The position numbers and the translations under genes were made by a program. From IMG/VR virus record IMGVR_UViG_3300043427_000994: a DNA stretch of 64,000 nt; one strand, written 5' to 3'. Positions 36,066 to 45,524 of the stretch are shown in pieces (within the stretch, counting starts at the first letter, position 1; every line of letters begins with the position of its first letter). The DNA comes from a virus (Duplodnaviria; Caudoviricetes). The notes beneath the pieces are model-generated. The model saw only the letters and a program-made list of their open reading frames with translations. It did no database searches and was not told the origin of the DNA.

Positions 36066-36601
36066 TTTTGAGGAAGGCTTAGCCCTTCCTCAACTTTGGT
36101 GACTTGGACCCCAGATTGTTTGAGGAATCTGATTCCCGCATCATCTCTATAGTCTTTACCATAGTAAACACGATTAATCCCAGACTGATAGATAAGTTTG
36201 GCGCAATCGAGGCAAGGGCTATGAGTAACAAAAAGATCGGCACCAACGCCAGACTCAGTACTACGAGCCAATTTTGCGATAGCATTTGTTTCGGCATGTA
36301 ACACCTCCGGTTTAGTTTTTAAACGATACCTTTTAGTAAATCCTTGGTCGGTATCACTCCATTCAGTAAAAGGCCACTGCTCTTCAATTTCGTCTGGATT
36401 TAACCAACCTCCTGCTCCTCGATCCATATACTCTCGATCTTCACAGTTGTTTTCCCAACCGGCCGGCATACCATTGTAACCCATTGACACGACTCTATCG
36501 TCTTTTACAATCACAGCGCCAACTTGTAATCGTTGGGCGTGACTCATTTTTGCCACTCGACTAGCAAAGTCGTTGTATAATTGTATAAACTTTTGTTTCA
36601 T
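36062..36601 (-). CDS. dCMP deaminase
   Basis: VGAVIV, GYNG.P.G, HAE.NA and SPCLDCA Zn-deaminase motifs. Confidence 0.93.
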   Translation of the reverse strand: MKQKFIQLYNDFASRVAKMSHAQRLQVGAVIVKDDRVVSMGYNGMPAGWENNCEDREYMDRGAGGWLNPDEIEEQWPFTEWSDTDQGFTKRYRLKTKPEVLHAETNAIAKLARSTESGVGADLFVTHSPCLDCAKLIYQSGINRVYYGKDYRDDAGIRFLKQSGVQVTKVEEGLSLPQN

Positions 36602-36921
36602 TCTTCTAGCATGGCTCTTTTGTTAGGTACATCTTTCCATGATTCGGCACTGACCATTGCTTGTTTTTTAACGGTAATAACTGGCCAATTCTTACTCAAC
36701 CGAGCGTTGAGGTCAATCCACTCTTGTAAATTTGGATAATCATCATCGTCCGCTACAATAGCATTTACTGGACAGGCATCGACACAGACATGACAGTCAA
36801 TACATTCGTCGGGATTAATTGCTAAGAAATTTGGACCTTCATGGAACGCATCAACTGGACATACCTCTACACAGTCAGTATGCTTACATCTAATACAATT
36901 TTCTGTGACAACGTAGGTCAT
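36598..36921 (-). CDS. fdxA: FdxA-type (7Fe/8Fe) ferredoxin
   Basis: CIRCKHTDCVEVCPVD.F.EG.N.L.INPDECIDC..C...CP. Confidence 0.93.
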   Translation of the reverse strand: MTYVVTENCIRCKHTDCVEVCPVDAFHEGPNFLAINPDECIDCHVCVDACPVNAIVADDDDYPNLQEWIDLNARLSKNWPVITVKKQAMVSAESWKDVPNKRAMLEE

Positions 36922-37844
36922 TATTGTAATCTTGACAATCTAATCAATGTAGCGGCTAAGTTAATTTCGGCATCTGCTACAGAAATGTGATCAACTAAAC
37001 CTTGTTTAATGATAAGAACAGCATTGTCTTGTAATTCTTCTGTGCCACCAAATAAATTAATATTGTCATACATCCAACGATAGATATCTTCCATTTCCTC
37101 TGGGCGAGCTTGGCTACACAATAATTTACGTGCCTCTCCTATTTTTCCCTTCTTGAACAGTTCTACCATCTCAATTCTATAATCAGTACTAGCATCGTTG
37201 ACTTCTGGAGCATGAAGTTTTCCATCTAAACTGTTCATTTGAATGTTATTAATACACTTACGCAGATCTGGATATGTACCTTTGACATAGGTATCTAAAG
37301 TATCTAAGTCAAATTCAACATTTTCCTCTACAAGAATAGTTGCCACACGGGCAGTAAACTCTGTTAGATCAGTTTTTTCAATATGTACCTGTTGGCAACG
37401 ACTGTGTAGTGCTGGAATAATTCTATTAGGATAGTTACAAGTAAGAATAAATCTTACGCTGTGACTGTATTCTTCCATAAGATTACGCAGTGCTGGCTGT
37501 ACTGACTGCGGATTCAAATAATCAGCCTCATCTAAGATAACAACTTTAAATTCGCCAAACGGCATAGTTTGACAAAATCCTGTTAGTTTATCGTTAAGCC
37601 ATTCAATCTTACGACCTTCTTTACTAGCGTTGGCTAATAAAACGTCAGTATCTTGAACATCTAACTCGTTAACTAAAATTTTTGCCAGAGTAGTTTTACC
37701 AACACCTGCGTTACCACTGAACAGTAGATGTGGAATACTACCGTCTTTGACCCACTGGTCAATTTGACTTTTTTGACGTTCGTCTTTAAACACATAACCA
37801 TCCAGTGTGCTAGGACGATACTTTTCTACCCATAATTCTTTCAT
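36921..37844 (-). CDS. clamp loader AAA+ subunit (RFC/T4 gp44-like)
   Basis: WVEKYRP, GNAGVGKT, LDEAD, LHSRC. Confidence 0.95.
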   Translation of the reverse strand: MKELWVEKYRPSTLDGYVFKDERQKSQIDQWVKDGSIPHLLFSGNAGVGKTTLAKILVNELDVQDTDVLLANASKEGRKIEWLNDKLTGFCQTMPFGEFKVVILDEADYLNPQSVQPALRNLMEEYSHSVRFILTCNYPNRIIPALHSRCQQVHIEKTDLTEFTARVATILVEENVEFDLDTLDTYVKGTYPDLRKCINNIQMNSLDGKLHAPEVNDASTDYRIEMVELFKKGKIGEARKLLCSQARPEEMEDIYRWMYDNINLFGGTEELQDNAVLIIKQGLVDHISVADAEINLAATLIRLSRLQ

Positions 37845-37993
37845 TGTTTGCCCTTAAAGAGATTTTTAATAGATTTAAATAAATTTAGATACCTAAAGTG
37901 GTAATCAGTTAGCATTGGAGTAACATGCGGACAACGTCCCTGTCTCCAATCGCAATTTGGTTTTATTTCTTCTTTACAGATTTCGCATTTCAT
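37841..37993 (-). CDS. 50-aa Cys-rich putative Zn-binding protein (not in supplied track)
   Basis: manual translation MKCEICKEEIKPNCDWRQGRCPH...; ATGA overlaps at both ends. Confidence 0.7.
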   Translation of the reverse strand: MKCEICKEEIKPNCDWRQGRCPHVTPMLTDYHFRYLNLFKSIKNLFKGKQ

Positions 37994-38403
37994 TTTTTAG
38001 CCTCTGCGTCTACTACACGCTGTCTTAATTCGGTTGTTGAGAAACTGTGTTTACGTTGATTAAAATAATAGTCCATAGCAATATCATGTCCAGTAAATTC
38101 TTTGCCTGCGTATTCTTCACCTAATATTCTAACATTAATAGGAAAAGAAAGCAAGATGTCTCGAAGTTCTCGTTCTGTTGAATACGGAACAATTTGATCT
38201 ACAAATTTACAGGCCTTTAATTGAGCCCATCGTTCAAATACACCCTGAACTGGTTTATTTTTAGTATTTGGTCTGTCAATAGTAGGGTCAGTTTGCAACC
38301 CAACTATTAAAAAATCACATTGCGTTTTTGCTTCTTCAAGCATCATAACATGTCCGGCATGAAACAAATCAAATGTCGAACAAGTAAAACCAACTTTCAT
38401 CAA
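37990..38403 (-). CDS. glycerol-3-phosphate cytidylyltransferase-like (TagD family)
   Basis: FDLFHAGH, LIVGL..D, R.H..STT motifs. Confidence 0.88.
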   Translation of the reverse strand: MMKVGFTCSTFDLFHAGHVMMLEEAKTQCDFLIVGLQTDPTIDRPNTKNKPVQGVFERWAQLKACKFVDQIVPYSTERELRDILLSFPINVRILGEEYAGKEFTGHDIAMDYYFNQRKHSFSTTELRQRVVDAEAKK

Positions 38404-38729
38404 TGATTCCTTTTACCGTCGAATACACAGTTAAACACTAAATCGGACTCTCCAGTATTCCAAACTTTGTGAAACAATCCGTCTGGAATTAATACAATGT
38501 CCCCACCTTCGACTTCATATAAGTCGTCACCGACTTGAATACTGCCACGACCATACATAAAAAAATAAACTTCTTCTTGGCCTTGGTGATAGTGTCCGTT
38601 TGTATTTTGTCCTACATGTAAAATAGTTTGACTCAATACAAGATTTTTAAGTGTCTTATTATCTCGTAGCGTATAAACAGCATTAGCCTTAATGATGTCT
38701 CCGCCGATATTATTGGTGTTTACTTTCAT
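38400..38729 (-). CDS. cupin-2 domain protein
   Basis: GHYH..QEEVY.F..G.G...GDIV.IP.G.FH.V.N. Confidence 0.88.
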   Translation of the reverse strand: MKVNTNNIGGDIIKANAVYTLRDNKTLKNLVLSQTILHVGQNTNGHYHQGQEEVYFFMYGRGSIQVGDDLYEVEGGDIVLIPDGLFHKVWNTGESDLVFNCVFDGKRNH

Positions 38730-38735
38730 CTTTAC

Positions 38736-38764
38736 ATTATAAAGATAAAAAAAGGGTCTGTCAA
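38736..38764 (-). promoter_or_regulatory. sigma70-type promoter, predicted leaderless transcript
   Basis: TTGACA-17 nt-TATAAT with only 6 nt before ATG at 38729; -35 box in terminator loop. Confidence 0.8.
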
Positions 38765-38773
38765 GACCCTTTG
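38745..38773 (-). terminator. rho-independent terminator
   Basis: AAAGGGTCT-TGAC-AGACCCTTT followed by U-tract. Confidence 0.85.
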
Positions 38774-38776
38774 GTG

Positions 38777-39142
38777 TTATTTAACAAACGGTTTTAAATC
38801 GGGCGGTGTCCACCCTACAGGTTTGAGAACCTTACCATCTTCACGTTTACGAACTTTACCTGTATCTTTGTCAATTTTGGCAAAGTTAGTACGCATAACT
38901 TCTTTCCAAGCACCTTCTGCGTCGGCACCCATACTATGAACAGCACCTATAGTAACAACCAAAATATCAATCAACGCATCTAATGTTTCTACTTTATCGT
39001 TGTTTGTAATAGCATCAATGAGTTCATTACATTCCTCATTGATTAGTTTTACGTATAGTTCAAACTGTGCGGAGTTAACATCATCTACGGACTGATCACA
39101 TGCCCGCATGAACTTTTCTTGATCTCTAAACGGATTGGTCAT
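38777..39142 (-). CDS. MazG-like/all-alpha NTP pyrophosphohydrolase
   Basis: EECNEL...DALIDI acidic motif and REDGKVLKP. Confidence 0.85.
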   Translation of the reverse strand: MTNPFRDQEKFMRACDQSVDDVNSAQFELYVKLINEECNELIDAITNNDKVETLDALIDILVVTIGAVHSMGADAEGAWKEVMRTNFAKIDKDTGKVRKREDGKVLKPVGWTPPDLKPFVK

Positions 39143-39480
39143 AGCAGTCCAATCTGAGCGTCTTTGGGCTGTTCAGGATCCCAGAGCATCACACAATCTG
39201 TGTCAATAAGACGGATTGTCTTTTTCTCTCCAGAATCTTCTTCAATTTCGATACCTCTACTCCAGCGACCATGTTCTACTAAGACCCAGTCTCCAACGCC
39301 GTATACTTCGTTGTGATTTGGACCTACAGCATATACCCGAGCCCAACGAGGATGTATACCATGATCCTTGCCATCGTCGCTCATAAGAAAAATTCCACTT
39401 TTGGTTTGTTGTTCACCAAAGTTCATATCACTTACCAATACTTTATCTCGTAATGGTTTGATTTTACCTCGAACAGCCAT
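39139..39480 (-). CDS. groES: GroES-like co-chaperonin
   Basis: IKPLRDKVLV, TKSGIFL mobile loop, VYAVGP, VGD.VL. Confidence 0.85.
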   Translation of the reverse strand: MAVRGKIKPLRDKVLVSDMNFGEQQTKSGIFLMSDDGKDHGIHPRWARVYAVGPNHNEVYGVGDWVLVEHGRWSRGIEIEEDSGEKKTIRLIDTDCVMLWDPEQPKDAQIGLL

Positions 39481-39489
39481 TAGCTCTCC

Positions 39490-39705
39490 TTATTTTTTAT
39501 TTTCAGATTGCTCGTAAAAGTCTTTAAGAATATCTTCTCTTTTACGAACGATTTTACCACCTGCTCCTAATTGGTCACCGCGAGCATTTACACGAGCGTT
39601 TCCGACAGCAGGTGTAAGTTCGTTGCGTTGACGAAGCAGATCCATGTCAATGGTTTTACCATTGGCAGTTCTATATACTTTTTTTGGTGTTGGTTTTTGT
39701 GGCAT
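39490..39705 (-). CDS. hypothetical protein
   Basis: AVGNARVNARGD.LG.GG motif; RBS GGAGG; ATAAGTA late-like core upstream (39730-39736). Confidence 0.75.
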   Translation of the reverse strand: MPQKPTPKKVYRTANGKTIDMDLLRQRNELTPAVGNARVNARGDQLGAGGKIVRKREDILKDFYEQSENKK

Positions 39706-39732
39706 TTTAGTACCTCCTAATTATATATGTAC

Positions 39733-40233
39733 TTATCTCAAAAATTCTCGCCAGTCTAGATTATATTTTATGCTGTCTATTCGATGTACTCCTATTAAGA
39801 AAAGTACATAACTGGCCACACTAGATCCTCTGCCCACACCCCAAATAACTTGATTTTTCTTACAAGTGTCAACAAAGTATTTTAACCAGCGTAACAGATC
39901 TAGCATATTTCTATCTCTAAATTCTTGGAGTTCTTCAATAAGTCGCTGGTAGTTTTCTTTTGGACAAACATTGACTAAAAAGCCTTCTATGTCCATATTT
40001 TGATACTCGTCGGGCATGAACCAAGTTTTCTGTAAAGACTGATCAAAGTCTTCAATAGAGATGTCTAACTCTTGGTAAATTTTAAGTGGAGTGTTAGATA
40101 CGGAATTGTATTTTTGAATATGACTGTCGTCATCGACTAAAATATTTTGAAGAATATCCGATTTACCTTTGTAAATAATTTCTACAATTTCATCGGAAGA
40201 GTATACAGGAATACCAAATTTATCTAGTCTCAT
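39733..40233 (-). CDS. stand-alone DnaE (Pol III alpha)-like fragment
   Basis: WGVGRGSSVASYVLFLIGVHRIDSIKYNL...FL matches DnaE GxGRGSxxxS..Y.LGI..IDP....L.FERF; stops before the DxD catalytic motif. Confidence 0.75.
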   Translation of the reverse strand: MRLDKFGIPVYSSDEIVEIIYKGKSDILQNILVDDDSHIQKYNSVSNTPLKIYQELDISIEDFDQSLQKTWFMPDEYQNMDIEGFLVNVCPKENYQRLIEELQEFRDRNMLDLLRWLKYFVDTCKKNQVIWGVGRGSSVASYVLFLIGVHRIDSIKYNLDWREFLR

Positions 40234-40239
40234 AGGACT

Positions 40240-40268
40240 ATTTTAATTGACATTAATTAAATTGTCAA
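40240..40268 (-). promoter_or_regulatory. sigma70-type promoter, predicted leaderless transcript
   Basis: TTGACA-17 nt-TAAAAT, 6 nt before ATG at 40233; TTGACA-N10-TGTCAA dyad. Confidence 0.7.
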
Positions 40269-40476
40269 GATCTGTATCGCGTTTTTGACTAATTTCTTCC
40301 CACATTTTAGATCGACGTACTGCCAATTCTTCTTTATATGACTCTAACATTACCAGCACTTGGTGTTGAAGTGCTGGATTTCTAGCCGCTTGGAAATATT
40401 TTCTTGAAAGTTCTTGTATCTTAGTTTCAAGTTCAGAGTCTTTGAGACTCTTAGTATTTTCCATTAATGGATGCAT
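40243..40476 (-). CDS. hypothetical protein
   Basis: 77-aa helical ORF. Confidence 0.7.
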   Translation of the reverse strand: MHPLMENTKSLKDSELETKIQELSRKYFQAARNPALQHQVLVMLESYKEELAVRRSKMWEEISQKRDTDLDNLINVN

Positions 40477-40477
40477 A

Positions 40478-41095
40478 TTAACTCGCTACTAGAGTAAATT
40501 GTCCAAGGTATCGTGCGTAAATGTTAACACCGCCGTCGAATGTCCAAAACTCAAAAATTTTAGCATCTGTAGAGTCTACACTAAGAATGGTTTCAATGTC
40601 CATTCCGTCTCTTGGCCATGCTTCGTCGTATAAGAAATTTAAACCAGATGGATAGACAAATTCAAAGTATTGAGTAGATCCTAATTGAGAAGTAATTTGA
40701 ACTCTCAAAGGACCATATCTACCGGCCTCTGGCCAGTTATCAAATCTCAATACCTGAGGATTTGAAGAACTAGTTCCTGTTTTGTTTAGTGCAAAACTTT
40801 GATAAGGACCGTTAGAAAAATCAATTGGCTGACCTTCTGGATCATTATTGTTTACGCCAGTTAAATCAAAAGAATCATACGACACATTTCCTAAATTAAC
40901 ATTAGAAATAGTATTGCCGTTTAAATTTCCGCCTTCTGTGCGGCTAAGAGTTGTTCCTTGTAGGCTTTCAATGTCTGTTTTAGCCTGGGCTAAACTATCT
41001 TTAATAGAAGCAAAGTTATCACGAAAACCCTGGCTTTCGTTATCAATTCCTGCTACGGGGAATTGAGCATCAATTTCTGTTACGCGATATGGCAT
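40478..41095 (-). CDS. putative tail/baseplate structural protein
   Basis: ID..FPVAG.DN.SQGFRDNF..IK N-terminus; late promoter upstream; structural context. Confidence 0.55.
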   Translation of the reverse strand: MPYRVTEIDAQFPVAGIDNESQGFRDNFASIKDSLAQAKTDIESLQGTTLSRTEGGNLNGNTISNVNLGNVSYDSFDLTGVNNNDPEGQPIDFSNGPYQSFALNKTGTSSSNPQVLRFDNWPEAGRYGPLRVQITSQLGSTQYFEFVYPSGLNFLYDEAWPRDGMDIETILSVDSTDAKIFEFWTFDGGVNIYARYLGQFTLVAS

Positions 41096-41118
41096 TTGTT
41101 AGGTATCCTTATATCCGA

Positions 41119-41125
41119 TATTTAT
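41119..41125 (-). promoter_or_regulatory. T4-like late promoter core
   Basis: GATAAATAT upstream of the 41095 start. Confidence 0.55.
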
Positions 41126-44100
41126 CATATGTTATACTTGAAATCCACAAATTTTAGATATTTTTCTTGGACTTCGTTTAAGTCTGAATCTATGATAAAT
41201 CTATCAATTTCAAAATCTAATTGTCTAAAATCAAAATTACTGTTGGTAATATTTTCTAAAATAAATGTTCCTTCTCCCGGCAAGCAGTAACAAATAGGAA
41301 TGGCTTTAACAAATCCAGTGGCCGCTGTGCGGTTATCCTGAGGAGTAACCATCCATAACGGTAAAAAGTCATTTTCGGTAATTCCTACTTCGCTGATATT
41401 TTTTCTAATATTTTTAATGCTACTTGGGTAAACATATTCTAAATCGTCACCGCTGATTTTAATATTTCGGCTGTCAATAGTTACTGGAGTACGTATTGGG
41501 TCAAATCTATCATAGGCCTGTTCATTCATTTTGTCGTTAACAAATGAATTTTCATAGGTAACTGCGCCGTTAGATACAGTGCCTAATTTTCCAGTTACTG
41601 GATCTCTTTTTGTTTGATTAATTTTTACAGGACTATTAGTATCATTAGATAATTTGATTCTATTAGACACACTGCCCTTGGCAGTTTCGTAACCATCCAT
41701 GACTTCAAGATAAATCACTTCGTAGAGTATTTCATTGGATCCTTGTTGTTTTGCTATGGCTTTTTTAGTTCCGCCTATTTTAAATCGTTTCCTCTTAGCA
41801 TTCTTTGAGATGGCCCCAATATAATTTGCCATTTCTTTACTTTCTATACCTGCGTAGATTAACATTTTTAAATCAGTTTGAATACCGTATTCAGGGTCAC
41901 CGAGTCGATATATCTTGTCTGGAGTAAAAATAGTAGTATCGTTGATAAAGTTATAAAAGAGATCTCGTTTTTCTTTCTTTGGTAAAGGTTTAGTATAGAT
42001 ATTACTGTATAGTGTTAGATCGTTGGCTCCTACTCTTAATAAAAATTCTCTGTTCACTGAGCTAAATCTAAACTGGTCTTGTGCGTTAATGGTAAATTTA
42101 TAAACTCGATCAAAGGTGGTAGTATTGCCGTCAAAGGTAGTAACGCCGTCACTATAATCAAATAAGGTAAATCCTGAGATCGAATTTGATCTAAACTGAT
42201 TAATTTTCCCAATAATATTTCCAGTTTCGGATAATGTTAATCCTGATGGAAGATTACCGTCAACTAAAGAATATCTTAAAATAGCATTAGGTACAGTAGT
42301 TCTTGCTTCTACTTTTAAAATACTTGGGTAACTTGGTCTAATATCACCTAGGTCAGCATCTGTTAAGAAATTAATAACACTGTCAACTTCACCAAGAATT
42401 GCTATGTCAAAAGTTTTAGCACTGCGTTGAGTTGAAAACTCTTCAGACACTGGCTGAAAATAAGACTTACGTATTTCGTACCCGTCAATAATATTTGTAA
42501 TTAAATTTTCTTTGAGTTTTAATTCTGCGTAGTCACCACCTAGAATATCTTCACTGATGTAACCGTCTATAGTATATACTGTGGGTCCAATACGAATTGT
42601 GTCACCTATTAAAAATGAAGGGTCTTCTGAAGGTAACGGAAGTATTCTTAGAAAATTTTGTCCCACAGGAGCATCTGCGGCAACAACAATAATAATTTCT
42701 ATCTCAGTTAGATCTTCTTTGTCGTACTTGATAGCATCTATGGTAAATTTAAAATTCTTAGTAATTGCTGGTTGATATGGAATAAAACCAAAAATTTCTC
42801 CAGTATTCGTATCTAAAAATAAACCATCTGGTAAACGACTAGCAGTTAAATCTGGATTAATTGTTCTAAGACTGTAAGTAACAGGACCAATAGCCGGATT
42901 AGGATCAAATGTATCTAATGAAATAGTAATGTAGTTATTTGCTCTACGTAGACCTAGGTTAGAAGCACTTAACCATATAGGAGCTCTTAGATATGTTGCG
43001 TCGCCAGTAAATGCGGAATTACCTATTTGTACTATGGTATTATCAGATCTTAAAAAGTCATCTCCAACTACAAATATTCTAAATCTTCTTTTTGACACAG
43101 TTTCGCCGTCAGTGACACTGACAATAAATTCATAATTGCGATTTAGTTTACGGGGAGTAACTACATTTAGATAATTAGGATCGGATATATTTGGTCTTGT
43201 TCCGAAGTCGTATGGGTAAGCATCAAATAAGTTTGTGTCATAAAATCCTTCTCGAGCCGTTAAATCTAAATTTAAAATAGGATCTACAATACCATAAATT
43301 CTTCCGTTGGTGTCTAAGGTTAGTCCTGGAGGTAAATCGCCGTCACCATCTGCGATAAAGTATTCTAAAATTTGTCCAGAAGATAGATCGTTATCAATAG
43401 CCTGTAATTGAAAATCTACAAGACTGTTGTCCAACACAAAAGTTAAAGGTTGATTTTTTAATGTAACAGTACCTATGGATGATTTTAACGGAGTATCGGC
43501 ACCCGGTCTTCTATACACTATTTCGGTGCGTAATCGTTGGTTATAAGTTTCTTCAGAGTCTCCAGGATTAACTTCTGGTTGTAACAGTTCAGCCCCGTTG
43601 ATATTAAAAGTTCCATCGCTACAAATAATGTCTACACGATTGCCGTATAAAAAATTATGGGGTATTTCTGTAATCGCAGTACAGATATTACTTGTTCTTT
43701 TTACTTGAACAATATTAGATATTCTAGCAGTATAAGGACCTACTGGCAGTTGACCAGAAGGCTGTGTAAATGTTTCGTAATATTCTAAATTAGGCGGAGT
43801 AATACCGGTGGCTGTTTTTATCACTAGATATTCTTTATTATTATATCTAATTACAGCACCTGGATTAAATGTTTGCGTTGGTGAGTAATCTCTAACAGAT
43901 ATACTAGGATCTTGACCTGGTGTAACCCACTGTGGTGAATCAGGACCTGCTACAGTAATAGCAAAGGTTCGATCGCTGACTTCGTTATCTTTTTTAGCCC
44001 GTATTACAAACGTACTTTTAACACTTCTAGAAACTTCAAAAGTGGATCCTACGATCAACCATTTTTCTTGAACAGTGTTATAAACTAATCTCAACCCGCC

Positions 44101-44280
44101 GGGCAATTTTCCTGAAATTATAGAAAAAGTAACACCCGTAAGATCGGCCAGCGGATCAATAGGTAAATCTATATCAAGAGATGTTCTTTCAGGAAATTCT
44201 AAGGTAGTTTTAGTTACACCGTTTTCTTGATAGGTGTAGATGAATTCGTAACCGGACGGTTGATTCCATATATTAAGCAT
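41125..44280 (-). CDS. baseplate-like structural protein with putative Ig (He_PIG-like) repeats
   Basis: repeated G.LP.GL.L...G.I.G units; 1051 aa. Confidence 0.7.
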   Translation of the reverse strand: MLNIWNQPSGYEFIYTYQENGVTKTTLEFPERTSLDIDLPIDPLADLTGVTFSIISGKLPGGLRLVYNTVQEKWLIVGSTFEVSRSVKSTFVIRAKKDNEVSDRTFAITVAGPDSPQWVTPGQDPSISVRDYSPTQTFNPGAVIRYNNKEYLVIKTATGITPPNLEYYETFTQPSGQLPVGPYTARISNIVQVKRTSNICTAITEIPHNFLYGNRVDIICSDGTFNINGAELLQPEVNPGDSEETYNQRLRTEIVYRRPGADTPLKSSIGTVTLKNQPLTFVLDNSLVDFQLQAIDNDLSSGQILEYFIADGDGDLPPGLTLDTNGRIYGIVDPILNLDLTAREGFYDTNLFDAYPYDFGTRPNISDPNYLNVVTPRKLNRNYEFIVSVTDGETVSKRRFRIFVVGDDFLRSDNTIVQIGNSAFTGDATYLRAPIWLSASNLGLRRANNYITISLDTFDPNPAIGPVTYSLRTINPDLTASRLPDGLFLDTNTGEIFGFIPYQPAITKNFKFTIDAIKYDKEDLTEIEIIIVVAADAPVGQNFLRILPLPSEDPSFLIGDTIRIGPTVYTIDGYISEDILGGDYAELKLKENLITNIIDGYEIRKSYFQPVSEEFSTQRSAKTFDIAILGEVDSVINFLTDADLGDIRPSYPSILKVEARTTVPNAILRYSLVDGNLPSGLTLSETGNIIGKINQFRSNSISGFTLFDYSDGVTTFDGNTTTFDRVYKFTINAQDQFRFSSVNREFLLRVGANDLTLYSNIYTKPLPKKEKRDLFYNFINDTTIFTPDKIYRLGDPEYGIQTDLKMLIYAGIESKEMANYIGAISKNAKRKRFKIGGTKKAIAKQQGSNEILYEVIYLEVMDGYETAKGSVSNRIKLSNDTNSPVKINQTKRDPVTGKLGTVSNGAVTYENSFVNDKMNEQAYDRFDPIRTPVTIDSRNIKISGDDLEYVYPSSIKNIRKNISEVGITENDFLPLWMVTPQDNRTAATGFVKAIPICYCLPGEGTFILENITNSNFDFRQLDFEIDRFIIDSDLNEVQEKYLKFVDFKYNI

Positions 44281-44299
44281 TGTTTAATCCCCGATACTG

Positions 44300-44306
44300 T
44301 ATTTAT
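44300..44306 (-). promoter_or_regulatory. T4-like late promoter core
   Basis: GATAAATAC upstream of the 44280 start. Confidence 0.6.
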
Positions 44307-44327
44307 CGGCATCGGGCGATTAAAAAA

Positions 44328-45512
44328 TTACCAAGTAGTTTCGTTAAATGCTACTCGTACCCAGATATCAGGCTGAGGATCTGGACTAGCATCAGTCCAT
44401 GTAGCAACACAACGATATATGTACTCGTTAGTAATAATTACCGCTCCTTCTTCGTCGCCGTCTTGTCCTATTGATGAGGTAGGAGCAGAACCAGTACTTA
44501 CAAACAGTTGATTATTTAGGTTAATAGTACCATTGACTGTAACACCACCACCGTCAGCAACTAACGGAGTTACGTCGTATGATTCGCTTAGAGAATTATA
44601 AACTTTGACGTTAAATCCTGGCTTATCTGATAATGTGCTCTGAGAATATGCTTCGACTTTAACTAAGTTTTCAGTGATAGTTCCGTTGTTTACTTTAAAT
44701 TCAATTCCTGAACCCGAAAAGGCAAAATCAAGAGCCTTAGTGTCAATGACTAGACCAATACCTCGAGCGCCTGTGGTCAACTCGTCGTTGACATTAACTG
44801 TCATTGGAGAGCCAACTAAAGTGTTGACTGTGGCAACTCCGGCTACTGTGACATTTTTAAATGTCGATTCGCCGTTAGTTACGTCGATGCCATTTGAAAA
44901 ATTCGTATTTGGGGTTACGGTTAAGTCGCCTGATGTTGTAGTGATAGAAGCAGTAGTTATATCACCAGTAAAACTTGATCCAGTAATAGCGCCAGTGACT
45001 GCTAAACTAGTCAGTGTTCCTAACGAAGTAATAGCAGTCTGTGCCGCACCTGTAACAGTAGCCGCAGTGCCGCTGACGTTTCCTGTTACGTTGCCAGTTA
45101 ATGGACCACTAAATGAAGTAGCAGTTACAGTACCTGTGATATTAATATCACCTGTTCCTGTGATATCATTAGTGTTAAGATCTAAATCACCACCTAACTG
45201 CGGAGTTGTATCTTCAACTACGTTTAATAAACCACCGTCTAATACAACGGATGCATTAATTCTGTTAGCACCGTCTTGTGTTTCACCATACGTAAAGGTG
45301 ATATTTGAATTGGTACTATTACCAGCAACCAAGGCTGCGCCTATCGCATCTACTGCGTTTTCATCGGTATAAGCAGTAACAGGAATTCCTCCAGGTGTAG
45401 TACCATTGCCAACAAACACTTGATTTAGTGTTGCGTCAAAAATAATTTCTCCTGGTAAAAAGGTAATTGCTAGTCTTTCTGCGGTAGTTCCTCTACGGAT
45501 CTGTAATGCCAT
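44328..45512 (-). CDS. tail fibre/spike-like protein
   Basis: MALQIRRGT.AE..GE...D....GNG N-terminus typical of fibre proteins; beta-rich Thr/Gly repeats. Confidence 0.7.
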   Translation of the reverse strand: MALQIRRGTTAERLAITFLPGEIIFDATLNQVFVGNGTTPGGIPVTAYTDENAVDAIGAALVAGNSTNSNITFTYGETQDGANRINASVVLDGGLLNVVEDTTPQLGGDLDLNTNDITGTGDINITGTVTATSFSGPLTGNVTGNVSGTAATVTGAAQTAITSLGTLTSLAVTGAITGSSFTGDITTASITTTSGDLTVTPNTNFSNGIDVTNGESTFKNVTVAGVATVNTLVGSPMTVNVNDELTTGARGIGLVIDTKALDFAFSGSGIEFKVNNGTITENLVKVEAYSQSTLSDKPGFNVKVYNSLSESYDVTPLVADGGGVTVNGTINLNNQLFVSTGSAPTSSIGQDGDEEGAVIITNEYIYRCVATWTDASPDPQPDIWVRVAFNETTW

Positions 45513-45524
45513 TCTATTATCTCC

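Noticed and set aside
39733-40233. Calling the DnaE fragment a pseudogene or frameshifted dnaE
   Set aside because: It has its own promoter and a clean ORF, with no upstream PHP or downstream catalytic remnants in adjacent frames
44328-45512. Diversity-generating retroelement target suggested by the Mtd-like N-terminus
   Set aside because: No reverse transcriptase and no TR/VR repeat pair seen in the window; this N-terminal motif is common in fibres
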